A stretch of DNA of 64,000 bases from Shigella phage KRT47, in the sequence record MN781580; one strand, 5' to 3'. The notes beneath the pieces are model-generated. The model was given only the letters and a program-made list of their open reading frames with translations, was not told the DNA's origin and made no database searches. The stretch's first letter is position 1; every line of letters starts with the position of its first letter. The position numbers and the translations under genes are program-made. Below, piece by piece: positions 1 to 11,017 of the stretch.

Positions 1-1389
1 ATTGAAAATGCCGAAGCTGCTATGACAGCTGTTGACTTTCAAGCAAATCTCGAAAAATATGGAATTCCAGGAGTAGTAGCTCTTTATCCAGGCGAGTTGG
101 GCGATAAAATCGAAATTGAAATCGTATCTAAAGCTGACTACGCAAAAGGTGCTTCTGCATTACTCCCAATTTATCCAGGTGGCGGAACACGCGCATCTAC
201 TGCCAAAGCAGTGTTTGGATATGGACCACAAACTGATTCACAATACGCTATTATAGTTCGTCGCAATGATGCTATTGTTCAAAGCGTTGTTCTTTCAACG
301 AAGCGTGGTGAAAAAGATATTTACGATAGTAACATCTATATCGATGACTTTTTCGCAAAAGGTGGTTCAGAATATATTTTTGCAACTGCACAAAACTGGC
401 CAGAAGGCTTCTCTGGAATTTTAACTCTTTCTGGTGGATTATCATCAAATGCTGAAATAACAGCAGGAGATTTGATGGAAGCTTGGGACTTCTTTGCTGA
501 CCGTGAATCTGTAGATGTTCAACTGTTTATTGCGGGTTCTTGTGCCGGTGAATCTTTAGAAACAGCATCTACTGTCCAAAAACACGTCGTTTCAATTGGG
601 GATGCTCGTCAAGATTGCTTAGTATTGTGCTCACCACCACGTGAAACTGTAGTTGGAATTCCTGTAACTCGTGCAGTAGATAATTTAGTTAACTGGAGAA
701 CTGCAGCAGGTTCATACACTGATAATAACTTTAATATCAGTTCAACCTATGCAGCAATTGATGGTAACTATAAGTATCAGTATGACAAATATAATGATGT
801 GAATCGTTGGGTTCCATTAGCAGCTGATATTGCTGGTTTATGCGCAAGAACTGATAACGTATCTCAGACTTGGATGTCTCCAGCTGGTTATAATCGTGGC
901 CAAATTTTGAACGTTATTAAACTTGCTATTGAAACTCGCCAGGCTCAGCGCGACCGTTTATACCAAGAAGCTATCAACCCGGTAACTGGTACAGGTGGTG
1001 ATGGTTACGTATTGTATGGTGATAAAACAGCTACTTCTGTTCCTTCTCCATTTGATCGTATTAACGTTCGTCGTCTGTTTAATATGTTGAAAACGAACAT
1101 CGGACGTAGTTCAAAATATCGTTTGTTCGAATTAAACAACGCGTTTACTCGTTCATCATTCCGCACAGAAACTGCCCAGTACTTACAGGGAATTAAAGCT
1201 CTCGGTGGAATTTATGAATATCGTGTAGTTTGCGATACAACAAATAACACTCCGTCAGTAATTGATAGAAATGAGTTTGTTGCAACATTCTACATCCAAC
1301 CGGCGCGCAGTATAAATTATATTACTTTGAATTTCGTCGCAACTGCTACTGGTGCAGATTTCGATGAGTTAACTGGTCTTGCAGGTTAA
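1..1389 (+). CDS. 18: tail sheath protein gp18, C-terminal ~460 aa; 5' end lies upstream of window
   Basis: Frame open from base 1 (track ORF 22..1389); recognised as T4 gp18-like by recall; sits upstream of gene 19 as in T4. Confidence 0.9.
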   Translation: MENAEAAMTAVDFQANLEKYGIPGVVALYPGELGDKIEIEIVSKADYAKGASALLPIYPGGGTRASTAKAVFGYGPQTDSQYAIIVRRNDAIVQSVVLSTKRGEKDIYDSNIYIDDFFAKGGSEYIFATAQNWPEGFSGILTLSGGLSSNAEITAGDLMEAWDFFADRESVDVQLFIAGSCAGESLETASTVQKHVVSIGDARQDCLVLCSPPRETVVGIPVTRAVDNLVNWRTAAGSYTDNNFNISSTYAAIDGNYKYQYDKYNDVNRWVPLAADIAGLCARTDNVSQTWMSPAGYNRGQILNVIKLAIETRQAQRDRLYQEAINPVTGTGGDGYVLYGDKTATSVPSPFDRINVRRLFNMLKTNIGRSSKYRLFELNNAFTRSSFRTETAQYLQGIKALGGIYEYRVVCDTTNNTPSVIDRNEFVATFYIQPARSINYITLNFVATATGADFDELTGLAG

Positions 1390-1396
1390 TTGATAT

Positions 1397-1410
1397 GGGG
1401 CTTCGGCCCC
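1397..1410 (+). terminator. GC hairpin GGGGCTTCGGCCCC (UUCG loop) directly after gene 18 stop
   Basis: Perfect 5-bp GC stem with UUCG tetraloop 8 nt after TAA at 1387-1389; weak U tract, so may be a stability hairpin rather than a terminator. Confidence 0.45.
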
Positions 1411-1427
1411 TATTCTCGAGGAATCAA

Positions 1428-2045
1428 GTGATTATTTCTAAATTTATTAAAGTGAAAATTGTACCATCAAATTTTAAACATTATCAATCAAAGGGTTATA
1501 AATTAACACCTCTTGGAGCGGTTAAACATGGATTTAGGTATTATGAAATTGATGTTAAAGTTGAAGACATTAAAGGTAGTACCGCGTATGTAAAATGCCG
1601 TTGCGATAAATGTGGAATTGAATATAACCAACGCATTGGAAGAAACACTGATATTTGTCGTGATTGCCGTCATAAAGATAAAATGCGCAATAATTCATAT
1701 GGTTCCGCGAATAAAGGAAAAACAGTAGAATGTATGCATGGCGTAAATCATCCAAGATGGAACCCAAATAAATCTGAAATGCGTGAATATATTTCATTGG
1801 TATATAAAGAAACTCGTAAGCATAAGAAAATTTGGTCAAAATGGCCAAATGCTGATAAAATAGGAGTGTGTGGTACAAAAGGCGCTTACCAACTTGATCA
1901 TAAGGTATCTATCAAATACGGTTTTGATAATTTAATTCCTGCTAAAATAATTGGCGGTATTAATAATTTAGAAATAATCACTTGGGAATCTAACCGAGAA
2001 AAATCAAAAAGAAATAGTGTAGATCTTTGGGATTTACTAGAATGA
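1428..2045 (+). CDS. putative HNH-family homing endonuclease (free-standing)
   Basis: Track ORF 1395..2045; paired Cys knuckles CRCDKCG / CRDCRH and LDHK...N...NLEIITWESN motif; likely true start is in-frame GTG 1428 with GAGGA SD at 1418-1422, since ATG 1395 sits inside the hairpin. Confidence 0.5.
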   Translation: MIISKFIKVKIVPSNFKHYQSKGYKLTPLGAVKHGFRYYEIDVKVEDIKGSTAYVKCRCDKCGIEYNQRIGRNTDICRDCRHKDKMRNNSYGSANKGKTVECMHGVNHPRWNPNKSEMREYISLVYKETRKHKKIWSKWPNADKIGVCGTKGAYQLDHKVSIKYGFDNLIPAKIIGGINNLEIITWESNREKSKRNSVDLWDLLE

Positions 2046-2052
2046 TTCTAAA

Positions 2053-2070
2053 GGCCTGTTTCGGCAGGCC
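2053..2070 (+). terminator. GC hairpin with UUCG-type loop after the HNH ORF
   Basis: GGCCTG/CAGGCC stem around TTCG loop, 8 nt after stop at 2045. Confidence 0.4.
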
Positions 2071-2071
2071 A

Positions 2072-2079
2072 TATAAATA
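2072..2079 (+). promoter_or_regulatory. T4-type late promoter TATAAATA
   Basis: Exact TATAAATA upstream of gene 19. Confidence 0.5.
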
Positions 2080-2130
2080 CACTATATCCTTAATTCTTTA
2101 ATTCTATATGCCCTAGGTTAAACATAGGGA

Positions 2131-2138
2131 TATAAATA
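2131..2138 (+). promoter_or_regulatory. T4-type late promoter TATAAATA for gene 19
   Basis: Exact TATAAATA 15 nt upstream of gene 19 ATG; AGAGG SD at 2142-2146. Confidence 0.65.
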
Positions 2139-2152
2139 CTACAGAGGCTAAT

Positions 2153-2644
2153 ATGTTTGTAGATGATGTAACACGAGCGTTTGAATCTGGTGATTTTGCT
2201 CGACCTAACTTATTCCAAGTAGAAATTTCTTATCTTGGACAAAATTTTACGTTCCAATGTAAAGCCACTGCTTTACCAGCTGGTATTGTAGAAAAAATTC
2301 CAGTCGGATTTATGAACCGTAAAATTAACGTAGCAGGCGATCGTACATTCGATGACTGGACTGTTACAGTAATGAACGATGAAGCTCATGATGCTCGCCA
2401 GAAGTTCGTTGATTGGCAAAGCATTGCTGCGGGACAAGGAAACGAAATTACTGGTGGAAAACCTGCAGAGTATAAAAAGAGCGCTATCGTTCGTCAATAT
2501 GCTCGTGACGCTAAAACTGTAACAAAAGAAGTCGAAATTAAAGGCCTGTGGCCTACTAACGTGGGTGAACTTCAATTAGATTGGGATTCAAACAATGAAA
2601 TCCAAACCTTTGAAGTAACTCTTGCTCTCGATTATTGGGAATAA
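2153..2644 (+). CDS. 19: tail tube protein gp19
   Basis: 163 aa, same length as T4 gp19; recognised sequence; synteny 18-19-20. Confidence 0.93.
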   Translation: MFVDDVTRAFESGDFARPNLFQVEISYLGQNFTFQCKATALPAGIVEKIPVGFMNRKINVAGDRTFDDWTVTVMNDEAHDARQKFVDWQSIAAGQGNEITGGKPAEYKKSAIVRQYARDAKTVTKEVEIKGLWPTNVGELQLDWDSNNEIQTFEVTLALDYWE

Positions 2645-2651
2645 AATGAAT

Positions 2652-2665
2652 GGGGAGAAATCCCC
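2652..2665 (+). terminator. hairpin GGGGA-GAAA-TCCCC (GNRA loop) after gene 19
   Basis: 5-bp stem with GAAA tetraloop 8 nt after stop. Confidence 0.4.
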
Positions 2666-2676
2666 ATCCTGCTTAA

Positions 2677-4301
<1,625 letters not shown>

Positions 4302-4302
<1 letters not shown>

Positions 4303-4550
4303 TGGAAGGTTTAATTGAAGCTATTAAATCAAACGACCTCGTAGCCGCTCGTAAATTCTTTGCTGAAGCCATGGCTGCAAGAACGATTGATTTAATTAAA
4401 GAAGAAAAAATCGCTATCGCTCGTAATTTCTTAATCGAAGGTGAAGAACCTGATGATGAGGATGACGAAGACGAGGATGATGACGAAGATAGCGATGATA
4501 AAGACGACAAAAAAGACAAAGACTCTGACGAAGACGAGGATGATGAATAA
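4302..4550 (+). CDS. 67: prohead core protein gp67 with polyacidic C-terminal tail
   Basis: 82 aa; Asp/Glu-rich C-terminus; ATGA overlap with gene 20 stop; synteny. Confidence 0.85.
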
Positions 4551-4975
4551 TGCTTCTGATCCCTGAAACTCATGAATTAGTTCTCGAGAATGTCGAAGCA
4601 CTTATTCCTGAAGCACAGGGTCGCTTTGACGAATTGTCTTCTGCTTTAAATAAAGACGATATAAATACAATTATCGAGAATATGCTTGATGATGAAACTG
4701 ATTTAGCAATTGCATTAGCTTCTATTAATGAAGATATGCCGCTAAATGAATTCATCGTTAAACATGTTTCAGCTCGTGGTGAAATTACACGTACTAAAGA
4801 CCGCAAGACGCGTGAACGTAATGCATTTCAAACCACCGGGCTGTCTAAAGCAAAACGTAGACAAATTGCTCGCAAAGCTACCAAAACGAAGATTGCCAAT
4901 CCAGCAGGTCAATCTCGTGCTCAGCGTAAGCGTAAAAAAGCTCTTAAACGCCGTAAAGCATTAGGATTAAGCTAA
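4550..4975 (+). CDS. 68: prohead core protein gp68
   Basis: 141 aa as in T4; translationally coupled between 67 and 21. Confidence 0.85.
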   Translation: MLLIPETHELVLENVEALIPEAQGRFDELSSALNKDDINTIIENMLDDETDLAIALASINEDMPLNEFIVKHVSARGEITRTKDRKTRERNAFQTTGLSKAKRRQIARKATKTKIANPAGQSRAQRKRKKALKRRKALGLS

Positions 4976-5613
4976 TGAATGAACCCCAATTACTAATTGA
5001 AACTTGGGGTCAACCTGGCGAAATTATTGATGGTGTGCCAATGCTTGAATCCCACGATGGAAAAGACTTAGGTTTAAAACCTGGTTTATACATCGAAGGA
5101 ATATTCATGCAAGCGGAAGTCGTCAATAGAAATAAACGTCTTTATCCAAAACGCATATTAGAAAAAGCGGTAAAAGACTATATCAATGAGCAAGTTTTAA
5201 CTAAACAAGCTCTCGGAGAATTAAATCATCCTCCACGCGCTAATGTTGACCCGATGCAAGCCGCTATCATTATAGAAGATATGTGGTGGAAAGGAAATGA
5301 CGTATACGGACGAGCTCGTGTTATTGAAGGTGACCATGGTCCTGGAGATAAATTAGCAGCTAATATTCGTGCCGGATGGATTCCAGGAGTTTCTTCTCGT
5401 GGATTAGGTTCATTGACTGACACAAATAAAGGTTATCGTATCGTAAACGAAGGATTCAAATTAACTGTAGGTGTTGATGCAGTATGGGGTCCAAGTGCTC
5501 CAGATGCATGGGTAACTCCTAAGGAAATTACCGAATCACAGACGGCGGAAGCCGATACAAGTGCCGATGACGCCTATATGGCTCTCGCAGAGGCCATGAA
5601 AAAAGCGTTATAA
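4975..5613 (+). CDS. 21: prohead core scaffold protein and protease gp21
   Basis: 212 aa, T4 gp21 length; recognised sequence. Confidence 0.92.
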   Translation: MNEPQLLIETWGQPGEIIDGVPMLESHDGKDLGLKPGLYIEGIFMQAEVVNRNKRLYPKRILEKAVKDYINEQVLTKQALGELNHPPRANVDPMQAAIIIEDMWWKGNDVYGRARVIEGDHGPGDKLAANIRAGWIPGVSSRGLGSLTDTNKGYRIVNEGFKLTVGVDAVWGPSAPDAWVTPKEITESQTAEADTSADDAYMALAEAMKKAL

Positions 5614-5616
5614 ATA
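5609..5616 (+). promoter_or_regulatory. T4-type late promoter TATAAATA for gene 22
   Basis: Exact TATAAATA overlapping gene 21 stop, 28 nt upstream of gene 22 ATG. Confidence 0.6.
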
Positions 5617-5643
5617 TTATTATCTAAACAACAGGACTACAAA

Positions 5644-6453
5644 ATGCTTAAAGAACAACTGATTGCTGAAGCGCAAAAAATTGATGCTTCCGTTGCTCTT
5701 GATAGTATTTTCGAATCAGTTAATATTTCTCCGGAAGCAAAAGAAACTTTCGGCACTGTATTCGAAGCTACCGTCAAGCAGCACGCCGTTAAATTAGCTG
5801 AATCTCATATCGCTAAAATTGCTGAAAAAGCAGAAGAAGAAGTAGAAAAAAATAAAGAAGAAGCCGAAGAAAAAGCTGAGAAGAAAATCGCTGAGCAAGC
5901 TTCTAAATTCATCGACCATCTTGCAAAAGAATGGCTCGCTGAAAATAAATTAGCAGTTGATAAAGGCATCAAAGCCGAACTGTTTGAATCCATGCTTGGT
6001 GGATTAAAAGAGCTCTTTGTTGAACACAACGTTGTTGTTCCAGAAGAATCAGTTGATGTTGTAGCTGAAATGGAAGAAGAGCTGCAAGAACATAAAGAAG
6101 AATCAGCTCGTCTGTTCGAAGAACTCAATAAGCGTGACGCATATATCAATTATGTGCAGCGTGAAGTGGCATTGAGCGAAAGTACTAAAGATCTGACTGA
6201 GTCTCAAAAAGAAAAAGTCTCTGCTCTGGTCGAAGGTATGGATTATTCAGATGAATTCTCAAGTAAATTGAGTGCCATCGTAGAAATGGTGAAGAAGTCT
6301 AATAAAGATGAAAGCACTATTACTGAGGGTATAAATACTCCTGATACTGAAGCAGCCGGACTGAATTTCGTCACTGAAGCTGTAGAAGATAAAACTGCAC
6401 CTGGTGCAGAAGATATTGTAAGTGTATATGCGAAAGTCGCATCTCGTTTCTAA
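5644..6453 (+). CDS. 22: prohead core scaffold protein gp22
   Basis: 269 aa, Glu/Lys-rich coiled-coil-like; synteny. Confidence 0.9.
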   Translation: MLKEQLIAEAQKIDASVALDSIFESVNISPEAKETFGTVFEATVKQHAVKLAESHIAKIAEKAEEEVEKNKEEAEEKAEKKIAEQASKFIDHLAKEWLAENKLAVDKGIKAELFESMLGGLKELFVEHNVVVPEESVDVVAEMEEELQEHKEESARLFEELNKRDAYINYVQREVALSESTKDLTESQKEKVSALVEGMDYSDEFSSKLSAIVEMVKKSNKDESTITEGINTPDTEAAGLNFVTEAVEDKTAPGAEDIVSVYAKVASRF

Positions 6454-6471
6454 TTTTAAAGGTTAACACAA

Positions 6472-8037
6472 ATGACTATCAAAACTAAAGCTGAACTTTT
6501 GAACAAATGGAAGCCATTACTGGAAGGTGAAGGTTTACCGGAAATTGCTAATAGCAAACAAGCGATTATCGCTAAAATCTTTGAAAACCAGGAAAAAGAT
6601 TTCCAGACAGCTCCGGAATATAAAGACGAAAAAATTGCTCAGGCATTCGGTTCTTTCTTAACAGAAGCTGAAATTGGTGGTGACCACGGTTACAATGCTA
6701 CCAACATCGCTGCAGGTCAGACTTCTGGCGCAGTAACCCAGATTGGCCCGGCTGTTATGGGTATGGTACGTCGTGCTATTCCTAACCTGATTGCTTTCGA
6801 TATTTGCGGTGTTCAGCCGATGAACAGCCCAACCGGTCAGGTATTCGCACTCCGCGCGGTATATGGTAAAGATCCGATCGCTGCCGGTGCTAAAGAAGCA
6901 TTCCACCCAATGTATGGTCCAGATGCAATGTTCTCTGGTCAGGGTGCTGCTAAGAAATTCCCAGCTCTGGCTGCTAGCACAGAAACCACAGTAGGTGATA
7001 TCTATACTCACTTCTTCCAGGACACTGGTACTGTGTATCTGCAAGCTTCTGCTCAAGTAACAATTAGTGCAAGCGCAACTGATGTAGATAAATTAGATGC
7101 TGAAATTAAGAAACAAATGGAAGCTGGTGCACTGGTAGAAATCGCTGAAGGTATGGCTACTTCTATCGCTGAACTCCAGGAAGGTTTCAATGGTTCTACC
7201 GATAACCCATGGAATGAAATGGGCTTCCGTATCGATAAACAAGTTATCGAAGCTAAATCTCGTCAGCTGAAAGCTGCTTACTCTATCGAATTAGCACAGG
7301 ACCTCCGCGCTGTTCACGGTATGGATGCTGATGCTGAACTGTCTGGCATTCTGGCTACAGAAATTATGCTGGAAATCAACCGTGAAGTTGTTGATTGGAT
7401 TAACTACTCAGCTCAGGTTGGTAAATCTGGTATGACCCTGACTCCGGGTTCTAAAGCTGGTGTATTTGACTTCCAGGACCCAATCGATATTCGTGGTGCT
7501 CGCTGGGCAGGTGAATCCTTTAAAGCTCTGTTGTTCCAGATTGACAAAGAAGCAGTTGAAATTGCTCGTCAGACCGGTCGTGGTGAAGGTAACTTCATTA
7601 TCGCTTCCCGTAACGTAGTTAACGTTCTGGCTTCAGTTGATACCGGCATTTCTTATGCTGCACAGGGTCTGGCTACCGGCTTCAACACTGATACTACCAA
7701 GTCAGTATTTGCTGGTGTTCTGGGTGGTAAATACCGTGTATATATCGACCAGTATGCTAAACAGGATTATTTCACTGTAGGTTATAAAGGTCCGAACGAA
7801 ATGGATGCTGGTATTTACTATGCTCCATATGTAGCTCTGACTCCGCTGCGTGGTTCCGATCCGAAGAACTTCCAACCGGTAATGGGATTCAAAACTCGTT
7901 ACGGTATCGGTATCAACCCATTTGCAGAATCCGCTGCTCAGGCTCCGGCTTCTCGCATCCAGAGCGGTATGCCTTCTATTCTGAATAGCCTTGGTAAAAA
8001 CGCTTACTTCCGCCGTGTATATGTTAAAGGTATCTAA
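6472..8037 (+). CDS. 23: major capsid protein gp23
   Basis: 521 aa, T4 gp23 length; recognised N-terminal sequence. Confidence 0.97.
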   Translation: MTIKTKAELLNKWKPLLEGEGLPEIANSKQAIIAKIFENQEKDFQTAPEYKDEKIAQAFGSFLTEAEIGGDHGYNATNIAAGQTSGAVTQIGPAVMGMVRRAIPNLIAFDICGVQPMNSPTGQVFALRAVYGKDPIAAGAKEAFHPMYGPDAMFSGQGAAKKFPALAASTETTVGDIYTHFFQDTGTVYLQASAQVTISASATDVDKLDAEIKKQMEAGALVEIAEGMATSIAELQEGFNGSTDNPWNEMGFRIDKQVIEAKSRQLKAAYSIELAQDLRAVHGMDADAELSGILATEIMLEINREVVDWINYSAQVGKSGMTLTPGSKAGVFDFQDPIDIRGARWAGESFKALLFQIDKEAVEIARQTGRGEGNFIIASRNVVNVLASVDTGISYAAQGLATGFNTDTTKSVFAGVLGGKYRVYIDQYAKQDYFTVGYKGPNEMDAGIYYAPYVALTPLRGSDPKNFQPVMGFKTRYGIGINPFAESAAQAPASRIQSGMPSILNSLGKNAYFRRVYVKGI

Positions 8038-8052
8038 TCTTTGACGATTTAA

Positions 8053-8068
8053 GGGACCTTCGGGTCCC
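8053..8068 (+). terminator. intrinsic terminator-like hairpin GGGACC-TTCG-GGTCCC after gene 23
   Basis: 6-bp GC stem, UUCG loop, followed by T-rich run. Confidence 0.65.
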
Positions 8069-8085
8069 TTTAGTTGTTTTTATGG

Positions 8086-8093
8086 TATAAATA
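8086..8093 (+). promoter_or_regulatory. T4-type late promoter TATAAATA for gene 24
   Basis: Exact TATAAATA about 28 nt upstream of gene 24 ATG. Confidence 0.65.
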
Positions 8094-8120
8094 AATCATA
8101 TAAACCAAAAGGAAAGCGCA

Positions 8121-9404
8121 ATGGCTAAAATCAACGAACTTCTGCGCGAATCAACCACAACGAATAGCAACTCAATCGGTCGCCCAAATCTCGTTGCTTT
8201 GACTCGCGCTACCACTAAATTAATATATTCTGACATTGTAGCAACGCAAAGAACTAATCAACCTGTTGCTGCTTTTTATGGTATCAAATACCTTAACCCA
8301 GACAATGAATTTACATTTAAAACTGGTGCTACTTATGCTGGCGAAGCTGGATATGTAGACCGAGAACAAATCACAGAATTAACAGAAGAGTCTAAATTAA
8401 CTCTCAATAAAGGCGATTTATTCAAATATAATAATATCGTTTATAAAGTATTAGAAGATACACCATTTGCTGATATTGAAGAAAGCGATTTAGAATTGGC
8501 TCTTCAGATTGCAATTGTTCTTTTAAAGGTTCGTCTATTTTCTGACGCAGCGTCAACAAGCAAATTTGAAAGCTCTGATAGTGAAATTGCGGATGCTAGA
8601 TTCCAGATTAATAAATGGCAAACCGCAGTTAAATCTCGCAAACTTAAAACTGGTATCACAGTTGAATTAGCACAAGATTTAGAAGCAAATGGATTCGATG
8701 CTCCTAATTTCTTGGAAGATTTGCTTGCAACTGAAATGGCAGATGAAATCAATAAAGATATTCTGCAGTCTTTGATTACAGTATCAAAACGTTATAAAGT
8801 TACAGGAATTACTGATACTGGATTCATTGATTTGAGTTATGCATCTGCTCCTGAAGCAGGTCGTTCATTATACCGAATGGTATGTGAAATGGTTTCACAT
8901 ATCCAAAAAGAATCAACTTATACAGCAACGTTCTGTGTTGCTTCAGCTCGTGCTGCTGCGATTCTTGCTGCATCAGGTTGGTTAAAACATAAACCAGAAG
9001 ATGACAAATATCTTTCACAAAATGCCTATGGGTTTTTAGCTAATGGTTTACCACTTTATTGCGATACTAACAGCCCATTAGATTATGTAATCGTTGGCGT
9101 AGTAGAAAATATCGGTGAAAAAGAAATTGTTGGATCAATTTTCTATGCTCCGTATACAGAAGGTCTCGACTTAGATGACCCTGAACATGTAGGTGCATTT
9201 AAAGTTGTAGTCGATCCAGAAAGCTTGCAACCGTCTATCGGTTTATTAGTTAGATATGCTTTATCTGCAAATCCTTACACCGTAGCAAAAGATGAAAAAG
9301 AAGCAAGAGTAATTGATGGTGGAGACATGGATAAAATGGCGGGTCGTTCAGATTTGTCTGTTTTATTAGGTGTTAAGCTACCAAAAATTATCATTGATGA
9401 ATAA
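8121..9404 (+). CDS. 24: capsid vertex protein gp24
   Basis: 427 aa, T4 gp24 length; gp23 paralogue; synteny. Confidence 0.93.
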   Translation: MAKINELLRESTTTNSNSIGRPNLVALTRATTKLIYSDIVATQRTNQPVAAFYGIKYLNPDNEFTFKTGATYAGEAGYVDREQITELTEESKLTLNKGDLFKYNNIVYKVLEDTPFADIEESDLELALQIAIVLLKVRLFSDAASTSKFESSDSEIADARFQINKWQTAVKSRKLKTGITVELAQDLEANGFDAPNFLEDLLATEMADEINKDILQSLITVSKRYKVTGITDTGFIDLSYASAPEAGRSLYRMVCEMVSHIQKESTYTATFCVASARAAAILAASGWLKHKPEDDKYLSQNAYGFLANGLPLYCDTNSPLDYVIVGVVENIGEKEIVGSIFYAPYTEGLDLDDPEHVGAFKVVVDPESLQPSIGLLVRYALSANPYTVAKDEKEARVIDGGDMDKMAGRSDLSVLLGVKLPKIIIDE

Positions 9405-9410
9405 AACAAA

Positions 9411-9426
9411 GGGACCTTTCGGTCCC
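9411..9426. terminator. bidirectional terminator hairpin GGGACC-TTTC-GGTCCC between gene 24 and rnlB
   Basis: GC stem flanked by T run on + side and A run on - side, between convergent genes. Confidence 0.65.
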
Positions 9427-9433
9427 TTTTTAT

Positions 9434-10438
9434 TTAACTTACCAATTCAATCCAAGCCGGACGAAGTACATCTTGTACCATTTTAACTAATTCCTTTTTA
9501 ATCAAAGAAGGATTATCCGCTTGAGTTAGAGTAATACCTTCACGAGAAGTTTCTTCCAAAATATCTTGAACAGTTAGTCCCATCACCTTTCCAAAATCTT
9601 TTGGACCAATTTCGCCAATTTTAGAAATAACGTTATTTACTCGGTTTAGTGTAACGTAACAAGCTAAAATCCCCACCAATTTGTTATCAGCTTCTGACAG
9701 TTCAACTTTAGCTTTAATAGGCTTATCAGACTTTTTCTTTTCACTAAATTTAGAATTCTTGCATTTGATGGCTACACGATTGCGATTAGGCAGCCAAGAA
9801 GGATAACAAGGTTTCAATACATATCCTTCAGCGGTAAATACTTCGCCTTTGGCTTCAGCTTTCCAAACACATTTGTTAGCGTCAATTAAACCTGCATTAT
9901 CTACGGTAAAATTATAAGACGGAACAACAGAATCCAAATCATTTGGCAATTTAATAAGTTCTTCAAATTTACCACGACCCAAAAGTGGAGCGATTTTAAA
10001 CCCAAATGAATTACAAAACGATTCCATCATGTAATCATCAACATAAGTTACATCGCCACTTTCTGTAGTGACAATAATGTCAAATACATAAAAATCTTTA
10101 TCGCCATAATCAACATTCTTCTGAATGCCAGGTCCAGCGAATTCGCCAAAAACTTGATAAGTCACAACAGCTGAAGTTTCCATAATTTCTTGGACAGCTT
10201 TAATAGAATCTTCGTAATTCTTTAAAATAATTTCATAACCGAAGAAATCTTCAGCAGGAAGAATCGGTCCAGTACGTTTAGCGCAAGTTACTTTATCACG
10301 CTCAATAATCAATGAGAAATTTGTGCCGTGAATCTTTTCACGAGCTACCCATTCGCCGCCAGTCAATCCCAAGCTATAAAGTTTTTCAATAAATTTAGAG
10401 TTGTAATGATTTTCAAGACTGCTATACTTTTTAAACAT
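9434..10438 (-). CDS. rnlB: RNA ligase 2 (Rnl2)
   Basis: 334 aa; ligase motif I KIHGTN; recognised T4 Rnl2 sequence; GAGGA SD. Confidence 0.92.
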   Translation of the reverse strand: MFKKYSSLENHYNSKFIEKLYSLGLTGGEWVAREKIHGTNFSLIIERDKVTCAKRTGPILPAEDFFGYEIILKNYEDSIKAVQEIMETSAVVTYQVFGEFAGPGIQKNVDYGDKDFYVFDIIVTTESGDVTYVDDYMMESFCNSFGFKIAPLLGRGKFEELIKLPNDLDSVVPSYNFTVDNAGLIDANKCVWKAEAKGEVFTAEGYVLKPCYPSWLPNRNRVAIKCKNSKFSEKKKSDKPIKAKVELSEADNKLVGILACYVTLNRVNNVISKIGEIGPKDFGKVMGLTVQDILEETSREGITLTQADNPSLIKKELVKMVQDVLRPAWIELVS

Positions 10439-10447
10439 AATTAATCC

Positions 10448-10726
10448 TCAAAATGTAATTTCTAACCAATCACCATCACGCTGATCACTATTGACTTTAA
10501 AGCTGAATCCCTCTTTTCTCAGCCAATCACCAATTTCTTCAGTAATCAATTTATCGCGAGCAGTACAATAATAACTAAAATATGTTTTACCTTGTTCAGC
10601 TGCTTTATTAGCAAGTTCTGAAAAATCTTTAATAAAACACTCTAGCTTAAACTGTTTACTTTTTAATGCTTTTTCACGTAATTGATTAGCAAAAGATTCA
10701 TTTTCATAAAGATCATACTGTTCCAT
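10448..10726 (-). CDS. hypothetical protein (24.2-like position)
   Basis: 92 aa ORF with AAGGTG SD, tightly packed between rnlB and hoc block. Confidence 0.6.
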   Translation of the reverse strand: MEQYDLYENESFANQLREKALKSKQFKLECFIKDFSELANKAAEQGKTYFSYYCTARDKLITEEIGDWLRKEGFSFKVNSDQRDGDWLEITF

Positions 10727-10928
10727 TTTTCACCTTTTTATTGATATGTCTTTTTCTATAGACAACTTTTTCTCGAGTTTCAAATTTATTCTTAGCAGTC
10801 ATAGCTCGAGCCCATAATACAGCCACTTCTTTCGCCTGTAAGTTTAATTCACGAGCAATTTCAATGAATGACTTTCCAGACTCATGAAGAGTAAACACCA
10901 CAACCTCAGTTCTCATAATCAATCTCAT
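10713..10928 (-). CDS. hypothetical small protein with HTH-like segment (24.3-like position)
   Basis: 71 aa ORF overlapping the previous ORF start; SFIEIARELNLQAKEV resembles a helix-turn-helix; no clear SD. Confidence 0.45.
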   Translation of the reverse strand: MRLIMRTEVVVFTLHESGKSFIEIARELNLQAKEVAVLWARAMTAKNKFETREKVVYRKRHINKKVKNGTV

Positions 10929-10997
10929 GTTATCGAGTTGGTGCCATTATATACATCATTTTCTGAGTGTGTTTTGTGTGCTTTCAAAATGAAGAAA

Positions 10998-11011
10998 GGG
11001 GCCGAAGCCCC
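10998..11011 (-). terminator. hairpin GGGGCTTCGGCCCC (minus-strand sense) after hoc
   Basis: GC stem with UUCG loop just downstream of hoc stop on minus strand. Confidence 0.5.
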
Positions 11012-11017
11012 TTATGA

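Noticed and set aside
1570-1878. 102-aa minus-strand ORF antisense to the HNH endonuclease ORF
   Set aside because: AT-rich antisense frame with odd composition (Tyr/Phe/Leu/His-rich), no SD, fully nested in a better-supported gene.
5805-6149. 114-aa Ser-rich minus-strand ORF inside gene 22
   Set aside because: Antisense to the Glu/Lys-rich scaffold gene; compositional artefact, no start context.
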